From: Callorhinchus milii
Lineage: Eukaryota
Assembly (NCBI RefSeq): GCF_018977255.1
Contig: NW_024704743.1
Span: forward strand, 99,574,001-99,638,000
DNA length: 64,000 nucleotides
Direction of reading: 5' to 3'
The position numbers were made by a program, and so were the translations under genes. This document shows, piece after piece, positions 36,151 to 49,257 of the stretch; within the stretch, counting starts at the first letter, position 1, and each line of letters opens with the position of its first letter. Under the pieces are notes generated by a model that made no database searches, had not been told where the DNA came from, and was given only the letters and a program-made list of their open reading frames with translations.

Positions 36151-38274
36151 CCTGAAATTCTTGCTTTTAGTGTAGACATGGACAAATGTGACAAAATGTC
36201 AGGACATGCCACAATGGGCGAATTGTCTGTGTATAGTATTACACTCAGCATTGCTACTCCTCAGAAAGAAGAATTAAAACCTTCAGCAAAAAAAGAACAA
36301 AAATCCCAATTTTGTTCTTTATGTTCATATGGATCCACTATTCAGTATCATTGTTTAGTTTCACATGCTTAAACTGAATTGAAGTTCATATAGTATTCCT
36401 TATTGCATCCTGTTATGCCGGTCCTGGAAAACATTATTTCTACTGTGTATTGCTTGAAGCTGGTTACTTAGTTCAGTACTATATGGAATAACTTTTAATG
36501 GAAGCCTCACCTCAAACCATACAGCAGAGCTATGTGTCTTACCAGAAGGTAATTAATTTTTGATAATGATCAGATACAATTGAAGACACAGTGAGAAGAC
36601 TTATAAATCTGTCCAAAGGTCAAGGTTCAGAAGTACAGCTCCACACATGTATATGGACCTGTGTTTGTTTATATCACATATGTGGCTTATATCCCCCTCT
36701 CTTAATTTCCCATGCAGTTACAGTGTATTTATTCCAAAAAAACTCCTCAAACCTACATCAGAAGACAACCATTTACTGCACCAGAGAGTATTATTCATTT
36801 CCCTCATCACCCATCCATGTTGTCTAAGTTGCATGGAATATTGAACATGTGTATACTATGAGCCTGTACTCAGTGAGAGCAGGGTTGAAAGAGCCAAAAC
36901 CTATTTTCATGTTCGATCTCTACAACAAACAGATTAAGGAGAATTTTAACCCGTTAGTTTGAGCTGAAGTAGAGTCCGGGGTCCAGAGGTGAAATCTTAC
37001 AGTGATATAATCCTCCTTGCTTCCAGTAGCATCACCTTTGCGCAGTCATGACTGTAACTGGGCTCAAATGTGTGCTGTTTGCTAAAGATTGGGGAAGCAC
37101 TGCTTTGAACCTCCATGGTAAGCTCGAGAGGTCAGATTGCAATCAACAGTTGCCAAAGGCTGCCAGGGTGCAAGGACATTCCAGAGAGCAAAACAGATGA
37201 CTGCGGAGAGATGAGGTTTGCTACTTGGTCTGTTCTGTACTTTGACAGTTTTTGGCTTTTGCATGTATTTCGAATTAATCCCCCGTCTCCAGTTCTCTCT
37301 TTAATTGAGTTTTGGTTTACCATATAGAGTTTGCTCATCTTGTACAATTTCCTCATTGCTTTTCTGAACCAAATGCTCACCTTTGCATTTAGATAAGGCC
37401 TCTTATTTTTCTCTGAAGTTCCAACAAGGCTCCACAAGATTTAAACAATAACCACAACTTGGGGTGGGGAGTGGACAGCAAGCAAGGAGAAGAGGAGAAT
37501 GGTGGGGGTGAAGGGCGATGGTCAGTCACAATCACAGAGGTTTGTTTTAAGATGGAACTTGAAGACAGAGAGGAGGTAAAACAGATGGATAAAGGGAGGA
37601 GTGAGTTTCAGGGATTAGAGGCATGAAACCTGAAACAATTTTGTTGAAATTATGGGTGTGTGGGGGGCGGTGTGGGGATAAGGTCACATTTGTGATGAGG
37701 TTAATTATCACAAGTTGCAATTTTTACCTTAGTTTATCTGATAAGCCCTGCATTAAGAATCAAGCTATCATCTTATTATCTTGGCTGAGTTTCCCCCTTT
37801 CTTATCTACAGTATGTGCAAAAATAAATAAGCATCATTCATCCTTGTGTTTCCTATGTAGCATGGCAGATGTGTATGAGGGGGGGAGGGAGAGTTTCTGG
37901 CTGACATGTCCGCCAGCGCAATGTTTTCATTCTGCGATAAAAGAGATTCACCAGCCAACATCCTGCCCAACACATATGGAGAGTCTGAACAAATGCCCAC
38001 CTATAGCGAGGAACTTCTGGTTGCTAAGCAGATGTTATGTCTCTCGAATACCTTCCATACAAATGTGCTTCTCGTAATTTACAGGAGAAACAGAATTCAG
38101 TGAAAAGCACCGCCGTTTTCAATAGCTGAGAGTGACAGTGAATTCCGATATGGATAAACAGTGCAAATAAACAGAGTGCATAATGTAACTGATATGGATG
38201 TTTATACATATATATTAAGCTGCAATGTCTTTCTTCTACCTGCCTGTCTATGTAATAAAAAAGATAATGATATA

Positions 38275-38605
38275 AAACAATCCTTATATTTGATACAATG
38301 CCTTTTACATCAGGAGGACATCTCAACCTGTTTCACAGGATTTACTGTGAAGTGTATTTTGCAGGCAACTGTGGCAGTTAATTTGCACACAGCAATGTTT
38401 CACAAACAACCATGAGGCGAATGACCAATTTTATCTGACAGGAAACCGGGAAAAAATCTATTTTCTCTTTAAGTAGTGTCATGGGATTTTTAATCTCCAC
38501 CTGACTGGGAGTTGGGACTTCGGTTCAACGTTTCACCTGAACGACAGCACCTCCAACAATGCAGCACACCCTCCAGCAATGTATTGGAATGTCAGCCTAC
38601 ACTGG
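38275..38605 (-). mobile_element. Deu-domain SINE (head displaced to 39676-39718)
   Basis: tail and core; head resumes after the L2 insertion. Confidence 0.8.
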
Positions 38606-38610
38606 GAAAT

Positions 38611-39675
38611 CAACAACAACAACAAAATTACATTTGTATAGCGCCTTTCACGTCAAGAGGGATGTCCCAAAGTGCTGGACAGACAGAGTTATGGACCCGA
38701 GCTGGGGGTCTGAAAGAGGGAGGGTGGAGCTCAGGGGGGAAACAGGGAGATCGAAAGCATAGTTGAAGTGGAGGGTCTTGAGATGGGTCTTGAAGGTGGC
38801 AAAGGAGGGGGTGAGACAGAGGGACTGCAGGATGGAGTTCTAGAGGGTGGGGACAGAGTGGTAGAAGGCCTGCCTGCCAATAGTGGGGTGACAAGGTGGG
38901 GGATGTGAAGCAGGCTGGAGCCTGCTGAGCGGAAGGAGCTAACAGGATTGTAGAGGGTTAGGAGGTCGCAGAGGTAGGGGGGAGCAAGACGATGGAAGGC
39001 TTTGAAGGTGAGGACCAGGATCTTGAACTGTATCCTCTGTGTGATGGGAAGCCAGTGGAGTTGGGCGAGGATGGGGTTGATAGGGTCACGGAGGCTAGTG
39101 CGGGAGAGGACCCGGGATACAGAGTTCTGCATGATCTGCAGCCTATGGAGGGAGGAGTTGGGGAGCCTGACAAACAATGAGTTTGCATAATGAAAACATG
39201 TATGGGTGTTTCGACTGCTTGCGGTCTGAGACAGTATCGGAGCCGGGCAATGTTGCGGAGGTGGGGGAAGGCAGAGCGGGTCATGGCGCAGATGTGGGGT
39301 TGAAAGGAATAGTTGAGGGTCAAACAAGACCCAAGGTTCCGGACTGGCTTAGCAAGGTTTAGTGTGCAACCATGGATGGTGATGTTTTCAGCGCCTGAGG
39401 TGAGGAGGCGCTGACAGGAGCCAATCAGGAGAGCCTCAGTCTTGTTGACGTTGAACTGAAGAAAATTAGCTCTCATCCAGGACTCGATGTCTGACAGACA
39501 TTCTGTCAGGATAGCGGTGGTCCTGGAGTCAAGGGTGGAGGCAGAGGGGTAGAGCTGGGTGTCATCCGCATACATGTGGAAGTTGACTCCATGTCTGTGG
39601 ATGATGTTACCAAGAGGGAGCATATAGATATTGAAGCCTAGGGGACCAAGGACAGAGCCCTGATGAAAGCTGCAC
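38611..39675 (-). mobile_element. L2 LINE, 5'-truncated
   Basis: ORF 38958-39677 [25 protein letters not shown]; stem-loop and (TTG)n tail. Confidence 0.95.
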
Positions 39676-39955
39676 ATTCTGAATTAGGGCTTGAGTGCTG
39701 CTAACTGAGCCAGGCTGGCTGAAACTTTTTGGACTTTTAAAATTAGTGGGTTTCATTTCACTATCAATACTGCTGATTGCTTATCTTGCAATATCACAAG
39801 GTTAGTTGGAATGAAGAAGGCCCTCAGGCCCATCTGATCTCAGTCCCTCCAGAATACCAACCCTCCCATTCTCCCATGACAGCATCAAGCTGTTTTTAAA
39901 TGAGTCTAGTGTCCTGGCCTCAACCACCTTCCTGACAATCTGCTCCAGTCATTAC

Positions 39956-40498
39956 TACAACACAAAATTACATTTGGAAAGTGCCTTTCACGTCGGGAGG
40001 GCGTCCAAATGTCTAAAGGCGCTGAACAGTCAGGGATTAGGACCCGAGCGGGGGTTGGGATCAGGGAGGGTGGAGGCAGGTAGAGTGGGGGTAGGATGGT
40101 GGCCAAAGGCACATTCGAAGAGGAGGGTCTTGAGACTGGGGATGGAACGAGGTGAAGGGAATGTGTGATGGAGTTCCAGAGAGTGGGGGCAGGGAGGCTG
40201 AATGGGCGACCGCCATTGATGGGGCGGGCCAGGCAGGGGACATGGAGCAGACCAGAGCCTGCTGAGCGGACAGGATGATAAGGGGTCAGCAGGTTGAAGA
40301 AGTAGGCGGGGGCAAGGCCATGGAAGGCCTTGAAGGCGAGAACAAGAATTTTGAACTCGATCTTCTGAGGGAATGGAAGCCAGTGGAGCCGAGTGAGGGT
40401 GGATGTGATGGCGTCACGGAACCTGGTGCAGGAGAGGACACGAGCTGCAGAGTTCTGGATGATCTGCAACTTGTGGAGGAAAGATTTGGGAAGGCTGA
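39956..40498 (-). mobile_element. L2 LINE 3' part
   Basis: ORF 39906-40469 QIIQNSAARVL...LHWLPF...FKILVL. Confidence 0.9.
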
Positions 40499-40815
40499 AT
40501 TAATCACCCTCAGAGTAAAGATATTACCCTCTGAATTATCTCTACCAATCTTGTCCAGCAAGCCTTGAATCGGGCCGGGGAACCATGGATTCTCACACTT
40601 CTTTGCCAGATAATGTTCTAAAACTAATTTTAAAAATAAAAAAAGTTAAAAACTGGCCATAAATTAAAATATAAGATTGATGGTGTAAAACAAAATCCAT
40701 ATTGCTGATGATTGAGTTTTCCCTATGTGACTGAGGAAGAAACCAGACACCTGATTTAGGGGATGTCGAGAAGTGTGCTCAGATCTGTTCTTACCTATAG
40801 ACCAAAAAAAGCTAC

Positions 40816-40914
40816 TACTGGAAATCTGAAAAACAAAACAGTGGTCACTGGGAACACTCAGCAGGTCAGGCAGCATCTATGGAGAAAGGAAAGTGAGGCA
40901 ACGTTTCGTGAGTC
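40816..40914. mobile_element. probable Penelope-like pseudo-LTR fragment
   Basis: ctggaaatctgaaaaacaaaaca...cactcagcaggtcaggcagcatct...aacgtttcg resembles a common chondrichthyan repeat (from memory). Confidence 0.5.
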
Positions 40915-42529
40915 AACTGCATTTTTCTACCCTTGTTATTTGATGGTTGTCAATTTACATAAAGCTAACTTCTCTCTTTAATCTCCTGAGGGAAGCCTTT
41001 GCAAAGTTTCCCTTCTACTAAAGGGCTTCAAAGATCCCAAAACCCTGTCTGTCCTTACATGCCGATTATTCCAGGACACTACCGCAGAGCGGGGTTGTTG
41101 CAAGTTGCTGTAGTTGTTATAATAAATAAATGCAAGTTATTGTTATTCAACTGTGGCTTTCCAGTCTCTGATAGCTCATGGTGAGAATGATAGGAAAGTC
41201 TCTTCCTTTTCAGTCCTCCTGTGGTTATTTCAACTTGCAGGCATCCACCATCCAGTTAACTGGTTTTGTGTTACTTGTAGTGAATTCACACTAAAACAGG
41301 TGTTGATGCTGCAGAGCTCTTGGATCGTGGGTGTATTCAGTTCTCCGGCAGCTGCTGTAAATTAAAAGTGTTAAAAAAAACTGCAGGCCTCGGCTCTGTG
41401 GTAAACACACAGTCACAAGCTGGCACATGTGTGAATACCAGAAATTCAAATAAATTAGGAGCAACATAAAAGGGTACGATTTAGAAAATTAAATGACAGT
41501 CATCTCCTGTATATTTTCCCCCAGCTGCATTTGGCCCATATTTGTGACATTTCTGGAATGTGTGAGTTCAAGGTTGACACTGCATAAAAAATGTGGAACT
41601 GCCTCAATGATTATCTTGCTTCTTAATTTGTCTTATTCAGTTTCATAGCTTCCGAATATTCAGTGTGACTTTTGTTTCCTCTTTTAAGTCTGCAAACAGT
41701 TGGGTGGGGGGTCACAGAGGGAAGGGTGGAGAAGTGGTAAATCTCTGAAGAGAAGGTTAGTATTGGGGGTAGCATGGTTGCGTTGTGCTGTTTCCACCCT
41801 ATGTGTTTTAGAAATGCTGCTATTCTCAGAAGCATCATGCTGATCTGTGAAGTTGTGTGAGCAACTGTGCTTTATTGATCTAGAAATGGAAGTGGAGTGA
41901 CGTACATTCTGCAATGAGCACAGCCTTGGAGCTGTTCCCGCTCCCACCAGATAGTGTCAAAATAAAGCAGATGTCACAACTTGCTGTGCATGGACTTTTT
42001 TTTTTGTATAAATCAGCATGTTCGTGACCCTGAATGGAAAGTTTGAACCGAGTCAATTTAAAATACTTGTTACAAAATAATATCTTTCTTTTAGCCCTGT
42101 GCTATTTCACACCACAGTTTAAAATAGAAAACATTACCAACAACAATTTGCATTTATATAGCGCCCCTCACAAAGTGCTTGAATCATAGATGGATAATTT
42201 GTGATCTGTAAAAAGAAAAGGTTGAGGTTAGTGAAATGGGGTGAACATGTTTGGAGCCTGTATCCTTGGAAAGGAACAGAATCCAAGATTATTTTTTAGA
42301 CTCTTATAGCATGGAATGAAGTCTTTCAGGCCATCTCTGAAAGAGAACTGACAGGACTTTCGCAGACCTATAAGCAAAAACTAATGATCCTTTTAAACTA
42401 TGTTTCCCTCTTACTAATGTTTTTCCTTTCCATAGGCCAAGGGTGTTGAGGCCAATTGTCACATCTCCAGTGACTAGCTCAGCTATCATCAGCTGACTCA
42501 GACCTTCCTGGCTTGTTTAGCTCATTTAT

Positions 42530-42712
42530 AATAATATAAATAATAATCCTTGCAGTTGATATAGTACGTTATCATGTCATTGATACTTCTCAAAGTGCTT
42601 CACAGAATATATTGTAAAGTGGATTGACTGTATATCTTGTGGGTGAAATGCTGCAGCCAATTGCGCACAGCAGTGTCCCACACACAGTCATGGATTAAGT
42701 GACCACATTTTT
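42530..42712 (-). mobile_element. tRNA-Ala-like SINE 3' half
   Basis: tail through gcagccaattgcgcacagcagtgtcccac. Confidence 0.85.
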
Positions 42713-43149
42713 CACTTGGTGGATAGCAGGTAACAGGAATACCCTGCAAGCAATATAGCTCAGCGTGTGATCTCTCAAATAAAATTTGTTGTTTACTTTG
42801 TGGTTGTTTGTGGGATCTTGCTGCATGCAAATTTACTGCTGCTTTCACCTACCAACAGTCACTATACTTTACAGTAAATCCTACAAAGTGCTTTGAGATG
42901 TTTTGATGCTATATGAAATGCAAAGCTTCTTATTGTTTATAATTATCATATCACAACAATTTGAAATGCGTTGGCGGTGAAACGTTTGGATGAGAAATAA
43001 ATTGAGTAGGTTGGTTTTCTCTTTAATTCTATGGGAATGTTATATAATTGATTTGAATTTGTTAATAGGAGAAAAATACATTAAGTTAATCAAATATTGT
43101 ATATTATAAAGGAATTGAATGATTGGGGTTGACTTTCACGGTGCTCAGT

Positions 43150-43560
43150 CTGGATTCCCCTCGTGGAAATAATTGTTCCCTCTCTACCTTGTCAATTTCC
43201 TGTATTATTTTAATAAGATTTTCTCCTGAGCTCAAGGGAATATAACCTAGCCTCTCATCACAGCTGAGTCACTTTATCCCAGGTATCATCCTGGTGAATC
43301 ATCGCTGGATTTGATCCAAGAGCAGCATATCCCTCCTGAGTTGGCTCGCTCAGGCCTGAATACAATACTCAAGTTGAAGTCTAACCAACCAGTGTTTTGT
43401 GTGACTGTGTGATACTTCCTAGCTTTTATAATCTACACCTTTTGTGAATGAACCCAGCACCCCAATAGCATTTTTAATTGCTTTCTGTACTTGAGGACAA
43501 GCTTTTTATAACTTAATTACTCCCAAACACTGTTTGTATGTCCAAAGTGAACAAATTTGC
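43150..43560 (-). mobile_element. CR1 LINE fragment, old
   Basis: ggtatcatcctggtgaatc and tacaatactcaag, degenerate CR1 ORF2 C-terminal region. Confidence 0.55.
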
Positions 43561-43751
43561 CTCTGCCAATTTCTGATTGTCATTTGAAAACAAGTCTCAT
43601 TATCAATTCTATTTAACAGGCTTTTTTATTTATGCCTTGCTATTATTTGTATTATTATTTTATTGGAAGCACTGTCACTTTTGCCGAAGGAGAATTAAAA
43701 ACAGCAATCATTTCAAGGATAATCAATATATATACTGCTAGTAAATAAGTT

Positions 43752-44170
43752 GCATCAGAACTCTGCAGCTCGTGTACTGTCCTGCACCAGGCTTCGCGAC
43801 CACATCACTCTCACCCTCGCTCGCCTCCACTGGCTTCCCATCCCCCAGAGGATCGAATTCAAGATCCTCACCTACAAGGCCATTCACGGCCTTCAGCCTC
43901 TCAGCCCCTAGGCTCTGGAACTCCATCCCCCAGTGCCTTCGCCTTGCTTCCTTCCTTTCCTCCTTCAAGGCCGGTCTCACTCAAGACCTTTCTCTTTGAC
44001 CGTGCCTTCAGCTCCCCTCTCGACTCTCTACCCCCTCCTCACTCCCTCCCTTCCCTCCCCTCACCCTGACCATTTCCCCCCTGCTCGGGTCCTGACCCAA
44101 CTGTCCAGCGCCTACGGACATCCTCCCGACGTGAAAGGCGCTCTATAAATGGAATCTTGTTGTTGTTGTT
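43752..44170 (+). mobile_element. young L2 3' fragment with internal deletion
   Basis: near-identical to 35375-35823; (TTG)n tail. Confidence 0.95.
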
Positions 44171-44234
44171 GCATCACATTGTTAGACTCAATTAACTCAA
44201 TTAAGTCTTCATGGAAGACCACTTCTGTCTGTAC

Positions 44235-44520
44235 TATAAGGGTGATTTATTTGGTCTGACACATGCAGAGAGTTATCACCATGCTTAAAACTATATAAAC
44301 TAGATAGAGTTTCACATATGCATGCTACCTACAGATGGAAATGTCCATGCATTTGTAATGGAGTGCATTCTTTCTCCCTAGAGGCATGTACCCCTACTTA
44401 CCTAATTCTGGAGAATATTATGTGCAAGTTGGCAAGAGGCAAGGCTTGGGGACTCAGAATATGTCCCTGGGATATTGCTGGGGATTAACCAGGTAAAACT
44501 GCATAGGTTGCCATTGAAAG
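44235..44520 (-). repeat. unclassified interspersed repeat
   Basis: cctaattctggagaatatta...ttggcaagag is the reverse complement of the 28057 copy. Confidence 0.75.
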
Positions 44521-44775
44521 TTCAGTCCGTCCAAGAGATCAGCTTAACCCTTTAATCAACTTATGCATTTTCCTACAAAATACTGTCACTGTACCTTACA
44601 GTTCAATTCTATAATGCTCCCCTCACCTTTGAAGTTGGTGGAGAGGATGGGCAGGGCTTGGGAATGTGGATGAAGGAACTGATTTGTGGTGGAGAAGAGG
44701 AACCTGGGGTTATCCTTGGCCTCCAGGATGGGAGGAAGGCAAGAGTGGAGTGATAGTCTTTGGTGTGGTCCAACC

Positions 44776-45186
44776 TAGGCTAGGATTATTCTCCTTGGAG
44801 CAAAGAAGGTTAAGAGGAGACTTGACAAAAGTTTTCAAAATTATGTGGGAATTCGATAGGGTGAAAAAGGAGAAACTTTTCCACTGGCGGGTGGGTCGGT
44901 AACCCGAGGACAATGATTTAAATTAGTTGTTAAAAGAGGGGAGGAGAATTTTTTTCAAACAGCGAGTTATTCAGATCTGGAATGCATCGCCTGAAAGCGT
45001 GGTGGAAGTCGATTCAATAACAACTTTTAAAAGAGAAGTAGATAATTATTTGGGGAGGACAAGTTTGCAGGGCTATGGGGAGAGAGCAGAGGAGTGTGAT
45101 TGATTTGGATAGCTCTCTTCAAAGAGCTGGCACAGACATGATGGGCCGAATGGCCTCCTTCTGTGCTGTATAATTCTATGATTCTA
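44776..45186 (+). mobile_element. CR1 LINE 3' end
   Basis: RLGLFSLEQRRLRGDL...; 3' gggccgaatggcctccttctgtgctg hairpin and attctatg-type terminal repeat. Confidence 0.9.
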
Positions 45187-45669
45187 ACCAAATCTGGTAG
45201 TGGACTCTTAGGTTGGATTTGGGTCAGGTGTGTTCAGCAGCACATAGCTGTGATTTGAGGGAGAGGAGATAACTCCTGTTAACAATTTTCCTTCACTGGA
45301 AGAAAGGCTCTGTGCCGCTATGAATTTATGTCTTGCATGCTGAAAAAGCCTGGTTGCAACACATGTTTATGGCACAGGGGCTGATGCCAATAACATTTTA
45401 TTTTCAGTTGCAATGTTATTGGAGGAGGCCTGAAATACTTAGCTGGTATATGTGATTGCCCAGAGAGGCCTGAAGTGGTGAAGGATATGTAACCTCACAA
45501 AGGGAGAAAAAAAGATAATTGTGGGTAGAAAGTTTCATTGATATATTCTTTATGAAAAATACAAGTGAAATTTGGGGAATTTCATATTATTCTTGTGATA
45601 ATTAATAATAATCCTTGCATTTGCTTTAGCGCTTTTCATGTCTTCTCGACGTCTCAAAGTGCTTCACAG

Positions 45670-45986
45670 AATAATAATAATAATAATCCTTTCATTTGAT
45701 ATAGCGCTTTTCACGTCGGGAGGACATCCCAAAGCACTTCACAGAACAAACTGTAAGGTGGATTGACTGTATATTTGTGGGCGAACGCGGCAGCCAATTG
45801 CGCACAGCAGTGTCCCACAAACAGTCGTGGATTGAAAATGACCAATTTATTATTGTTTGGCTTTGGAGGGATTATTATTAGGCGTGTGGAGTAAGGAAAC
45901 TTGCCCAAGGTTTTGCCCTGCCTGGAATTGAACCCAGGTGTCTCGCTTGCAAGGCGAATGCTCTAACCACTGAGCTACAGGACTCC
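45670..45986 (-). mobile_element. tRNA-Ala-like SINE, short form (a second tail fragment at 45604-45672)
   Basis: head to (ATT)n tail. Confidence 0.95.
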
Positions 45987-46024
45987 TATTATGATAATTT
46001 GGAAGTCCTACACATAATTATCAT

Positions 46025-46408
46025 GTGGAGTCCTGTAGCTCAGTGGTTAGAGCACTCACCTTGCAAGCGAGAGAACTGGGTTTGATTCCCAGGAGGGTGA
46101 AACGTTGGGCAAGTTTCCTTACTCCACACGTCTTTGTTTACCTAGCAGTAAGTAGGAACCCGGTTTTTAGTTAATTGGCGGATCCGCCCATATTCCTGGG
46201 GTAATAATTCCTTCAAAAAAAATAATAAATTGCTCACTCCAGTCCACGACTGTTTGTGAGATACTGCTGTGCGCAATTGTCTGCCGTGTTACACCCACAA
46301 AATATATAGTCAATTCACTTTACAATATATTCTGTGAAGCACTTTGAGAAGTATCAATGACGTCATAATGTACTATATCAAATGCAAGGATTATTATTAT
46401 TATTATTA
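46025..46408 (+). mobile_element. tRNA-Ala-like SINE, full-length long form
   Basis: GTGGAGTCCTGTAGCTCAGTGG head, long-form block, (ATT)n tail. Confidence 0.95.
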
Positions 46409-47671
46409 ATGTTTGAAATGTCAAACATCTCTTATTCCATGACCTTATGCCCTAAATCTTTATAACTTCCAGCATCAATCCCTCTGTCTTTTCCCTTCTC
46501 TTGCTGTCTTCAAATTACACCTGAAGCCTTTTCTCTTCAGTCACCTTCACTCTCTTTCCAGTTTGGCGTGAAGCCACACTGCTGTTAGATGCTCCACTGC
46601 ACTATCTACATCAAGGGCATTGTACAAATGCAGGTTGGTTGTTGTTGTATACTATGATTTGCGGCAATTTGTGATGGGATGCCTTGATATGGAATCCAAG
46701 TGGGGATTCCTTCCTGTAACCAGTTGTATGTTACATGTCACATGTATGTCAACCATTCTATGCCCTAACAGTTCTGGGTGTAAAAAAAATCTCATAAACC
46801 TCGTTTTTTGTTCTTTTGGCAATTATCTTAAATCGATTCCCTCTAGTCACTGACTCACAGACCAGAATGAAATTCCTGCAAGTCAATCTGAAGTAGCTCT
46901 AATTTTCTTATTATTTAAAAATTAACTCATATTGGACACCTGAACTGAAAAGAGCTATTTTCCTATACAGTGTTTCTACTGAAAACATATCTTCATCCAG
47001 GGGCACTCAAGCAATGACTCAGAAACCTCTGAGAATTAGTTGTAGAAGTGTAATACCATGTACCATTTAACTGTAATGTCATGGAGACTGCTGTTGCAGA
47101 CTTTCAATGCAAGTGACTCACCTTATGACTTTTGTTCCTGAATCAAACATGGAATGACACGATCAAGTCACTAAGAAAGGTATTGCACTGCTCCTGTACT
47201 TACAGCTACTCTGAAGAGTAAATCAAAACTTCAAGCATGTATCACTCTGATAAGGAAGCAGCACATAGCAGGTCTGTAGCACATTGTGGTGAAGTTAAAG
47301 AAATACACTGACTTATCTGCTGGCTTACTTTGATGAGGTGATAAATCACCTTCCAAATGATTGAAGCAGCCTAATGTTTGGTTTAATACCCCTCAAATAT
47401 CCTTGTTGACAACTTTGGTTTGAGCATATATAATAGATTGAACATCATGGTACTAAATTGTATGTTAATTCCACTTCCTCCTGAGCATTAGATCATGTTG
47501 TCATTAACTACAGTGTTAGAACATTTCTATTTCATAACTTTTAAAGTCTTTCTGGGCCTTCAATGCCATTCGGGACAGAATAAGCACAAAAAATGAATGC
47601 ATCATGTTTGCATCAAAGGAAGTTTTAATTAACATATAACAGATTTGCATTGCACACATCACATCCAGGTT

Positions 47672-48260
47672 TGTCTATGCTAAGTCCGTTCTCGCTTGAT
47701 TTTCCAACTCTTTCCTCCGCAAAATGCAGATTATTCAGAAATCTGGAGCTTGTTTCCTCTCGCGCACCAAGCTCTGGGAATCGATCAGCCTATCCTTGCC
47801 TGTCTTCATTGGCTCCCCATCCCCCAGGGGATCAAGTTTAAGATCCTCGTCCTCTCTTTTAAAGCCCTCCACAGTCTTGCTCGTCCCTACCTTTGCGACC
47901 TACTAAAAGCAAACCAACCTGTCCACTCCCTCTGCTTGGTGGGCACTAGCCTGCTCCATGTCCCCCACCTTGCCTGACCCACCATCCGCGGTCGAGCCTT
48001 CGGCCTTTCTGCCCCCATCCTTTGGAATCCCAACCTGGAATCCCTCCCCCTTGTCTCCCCTCTCTTGCTTCCTTCAAGACCTTTCTCAAGACCCTCTCTG
48101 ATTGTACCATTGGTCATCATCCCAGCCGAAAGCCCCTTCCCTTCCACCCCTCTGATTCCAATCCACAACTCGGGCATAAAATCTTGACTGTCCAGCTCCT
48201 TGGGACATCCTCCCGACATGAAAGACCCTATATAAATGCAATTTGTTGATGTTTTTGTTG
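47672..48260 (+). mobile_element. L2 LINE 3' part
   Basis: LHWLPIPQGIKFKILVL; tail stem-loop. Confidence 0.85.
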
Positions 48261-48872
48261 AAAGGTAAGTGCATAAATGTAAACTGTTGTTATTGAGACA
48301 TCTCAAATGAATGTGATATGGCTTTATATCAAATGCAAAGATTATTATAAGATTCAGGAACCGTAGCACAAAATGGCAGTAGACTGCAGGGAAGACGGCG
48401 CTAAAAAAAATTAATTCATAGAACAGGAATATAGCTTCCAGCTGTACTTTCATCGTCACATTATATGCCTTTGTAGAATCTACATTACACATTCTTCCCT
48501 GAAGCCCACAAGTTCCACCACAGATCATTTTTAATGAAGAGCAATCTCTTGTTCACTGTATAATTTACAGTAATTGTGTGAGCTGGCTATGGCAATAAGA
48601 AATTATTACAAGCAGATAGGCACTTTTCGGCTTTAAGATAAAGATATTTATACTATATATTCACTTTTAATGCCCTTTGTGCCCAATTACTTTCATATTC
48701 AGAATTTGGCCAAAACTGGCTTTGATGTTTCCTTGTCTCCTTTTCTGAATCTAAGGTACAGTTTGAAATAGTTGAAAACATCTTGACAAAGCAAATTTAT
48801 TTGGTTGCTATAAAAGTATATTTTTATGTTTAAAAAAAACATTTTGGTAAGCATTTCCGTGTATGTTTTGGC

Positions 48873-49257
48873 TGAGGGTCTTAAGATGGGTCTTGAAGAA
48901 GACAAGAGAGAGGGCGAGGCGGAGGGACTGCGTGATGGAGTTCCAGAAGTTGGGGGCAGAGTGGAGCAGTTGGGGAAGCCCCAACAAGCAGAGAGTTTGC
49001 GTAGTCGAACCTTATTGTTATGAATGCGTGTATAAGGGTCTCTGCGGCTTGCAGTGTGAGGAAGTGGCGGATACAAGCGATGTTGTGAAGGTGGGGAAAG
49101 GCTGAGAGGGTCATGACACGGATGTGGGATACGAAGGACAGTTGAGGGTCGAACACGATGCCGAGATTCCGTATTGGCTCCGTGAGATGTAGAGTGCATC
49201 CATGGAGGAAGATGCTATCAGTGCCGAAGGTTTGGAGGTGCTGACAGGAGCCAATAA
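48873..49257 (-). mobile_element. L2 LINE fragment with internal deletion
   Basis: FDPQLSF...ETLIHAFITIRFDYANSLL. Confidence 0.85.

Noticed and set aside
36477..36548. possible 72-nt plus-strand exon (LYGITFNGSLTSNHTAELCVLPE)
   Set aside because: Weak pyrimidine tract, unrecognised peptide, no partner exons
47887..48528. 213-aa ORF
   Set aside because: Runs antisense through an L2 3' UTR and a SINE tail; no recognisable domain
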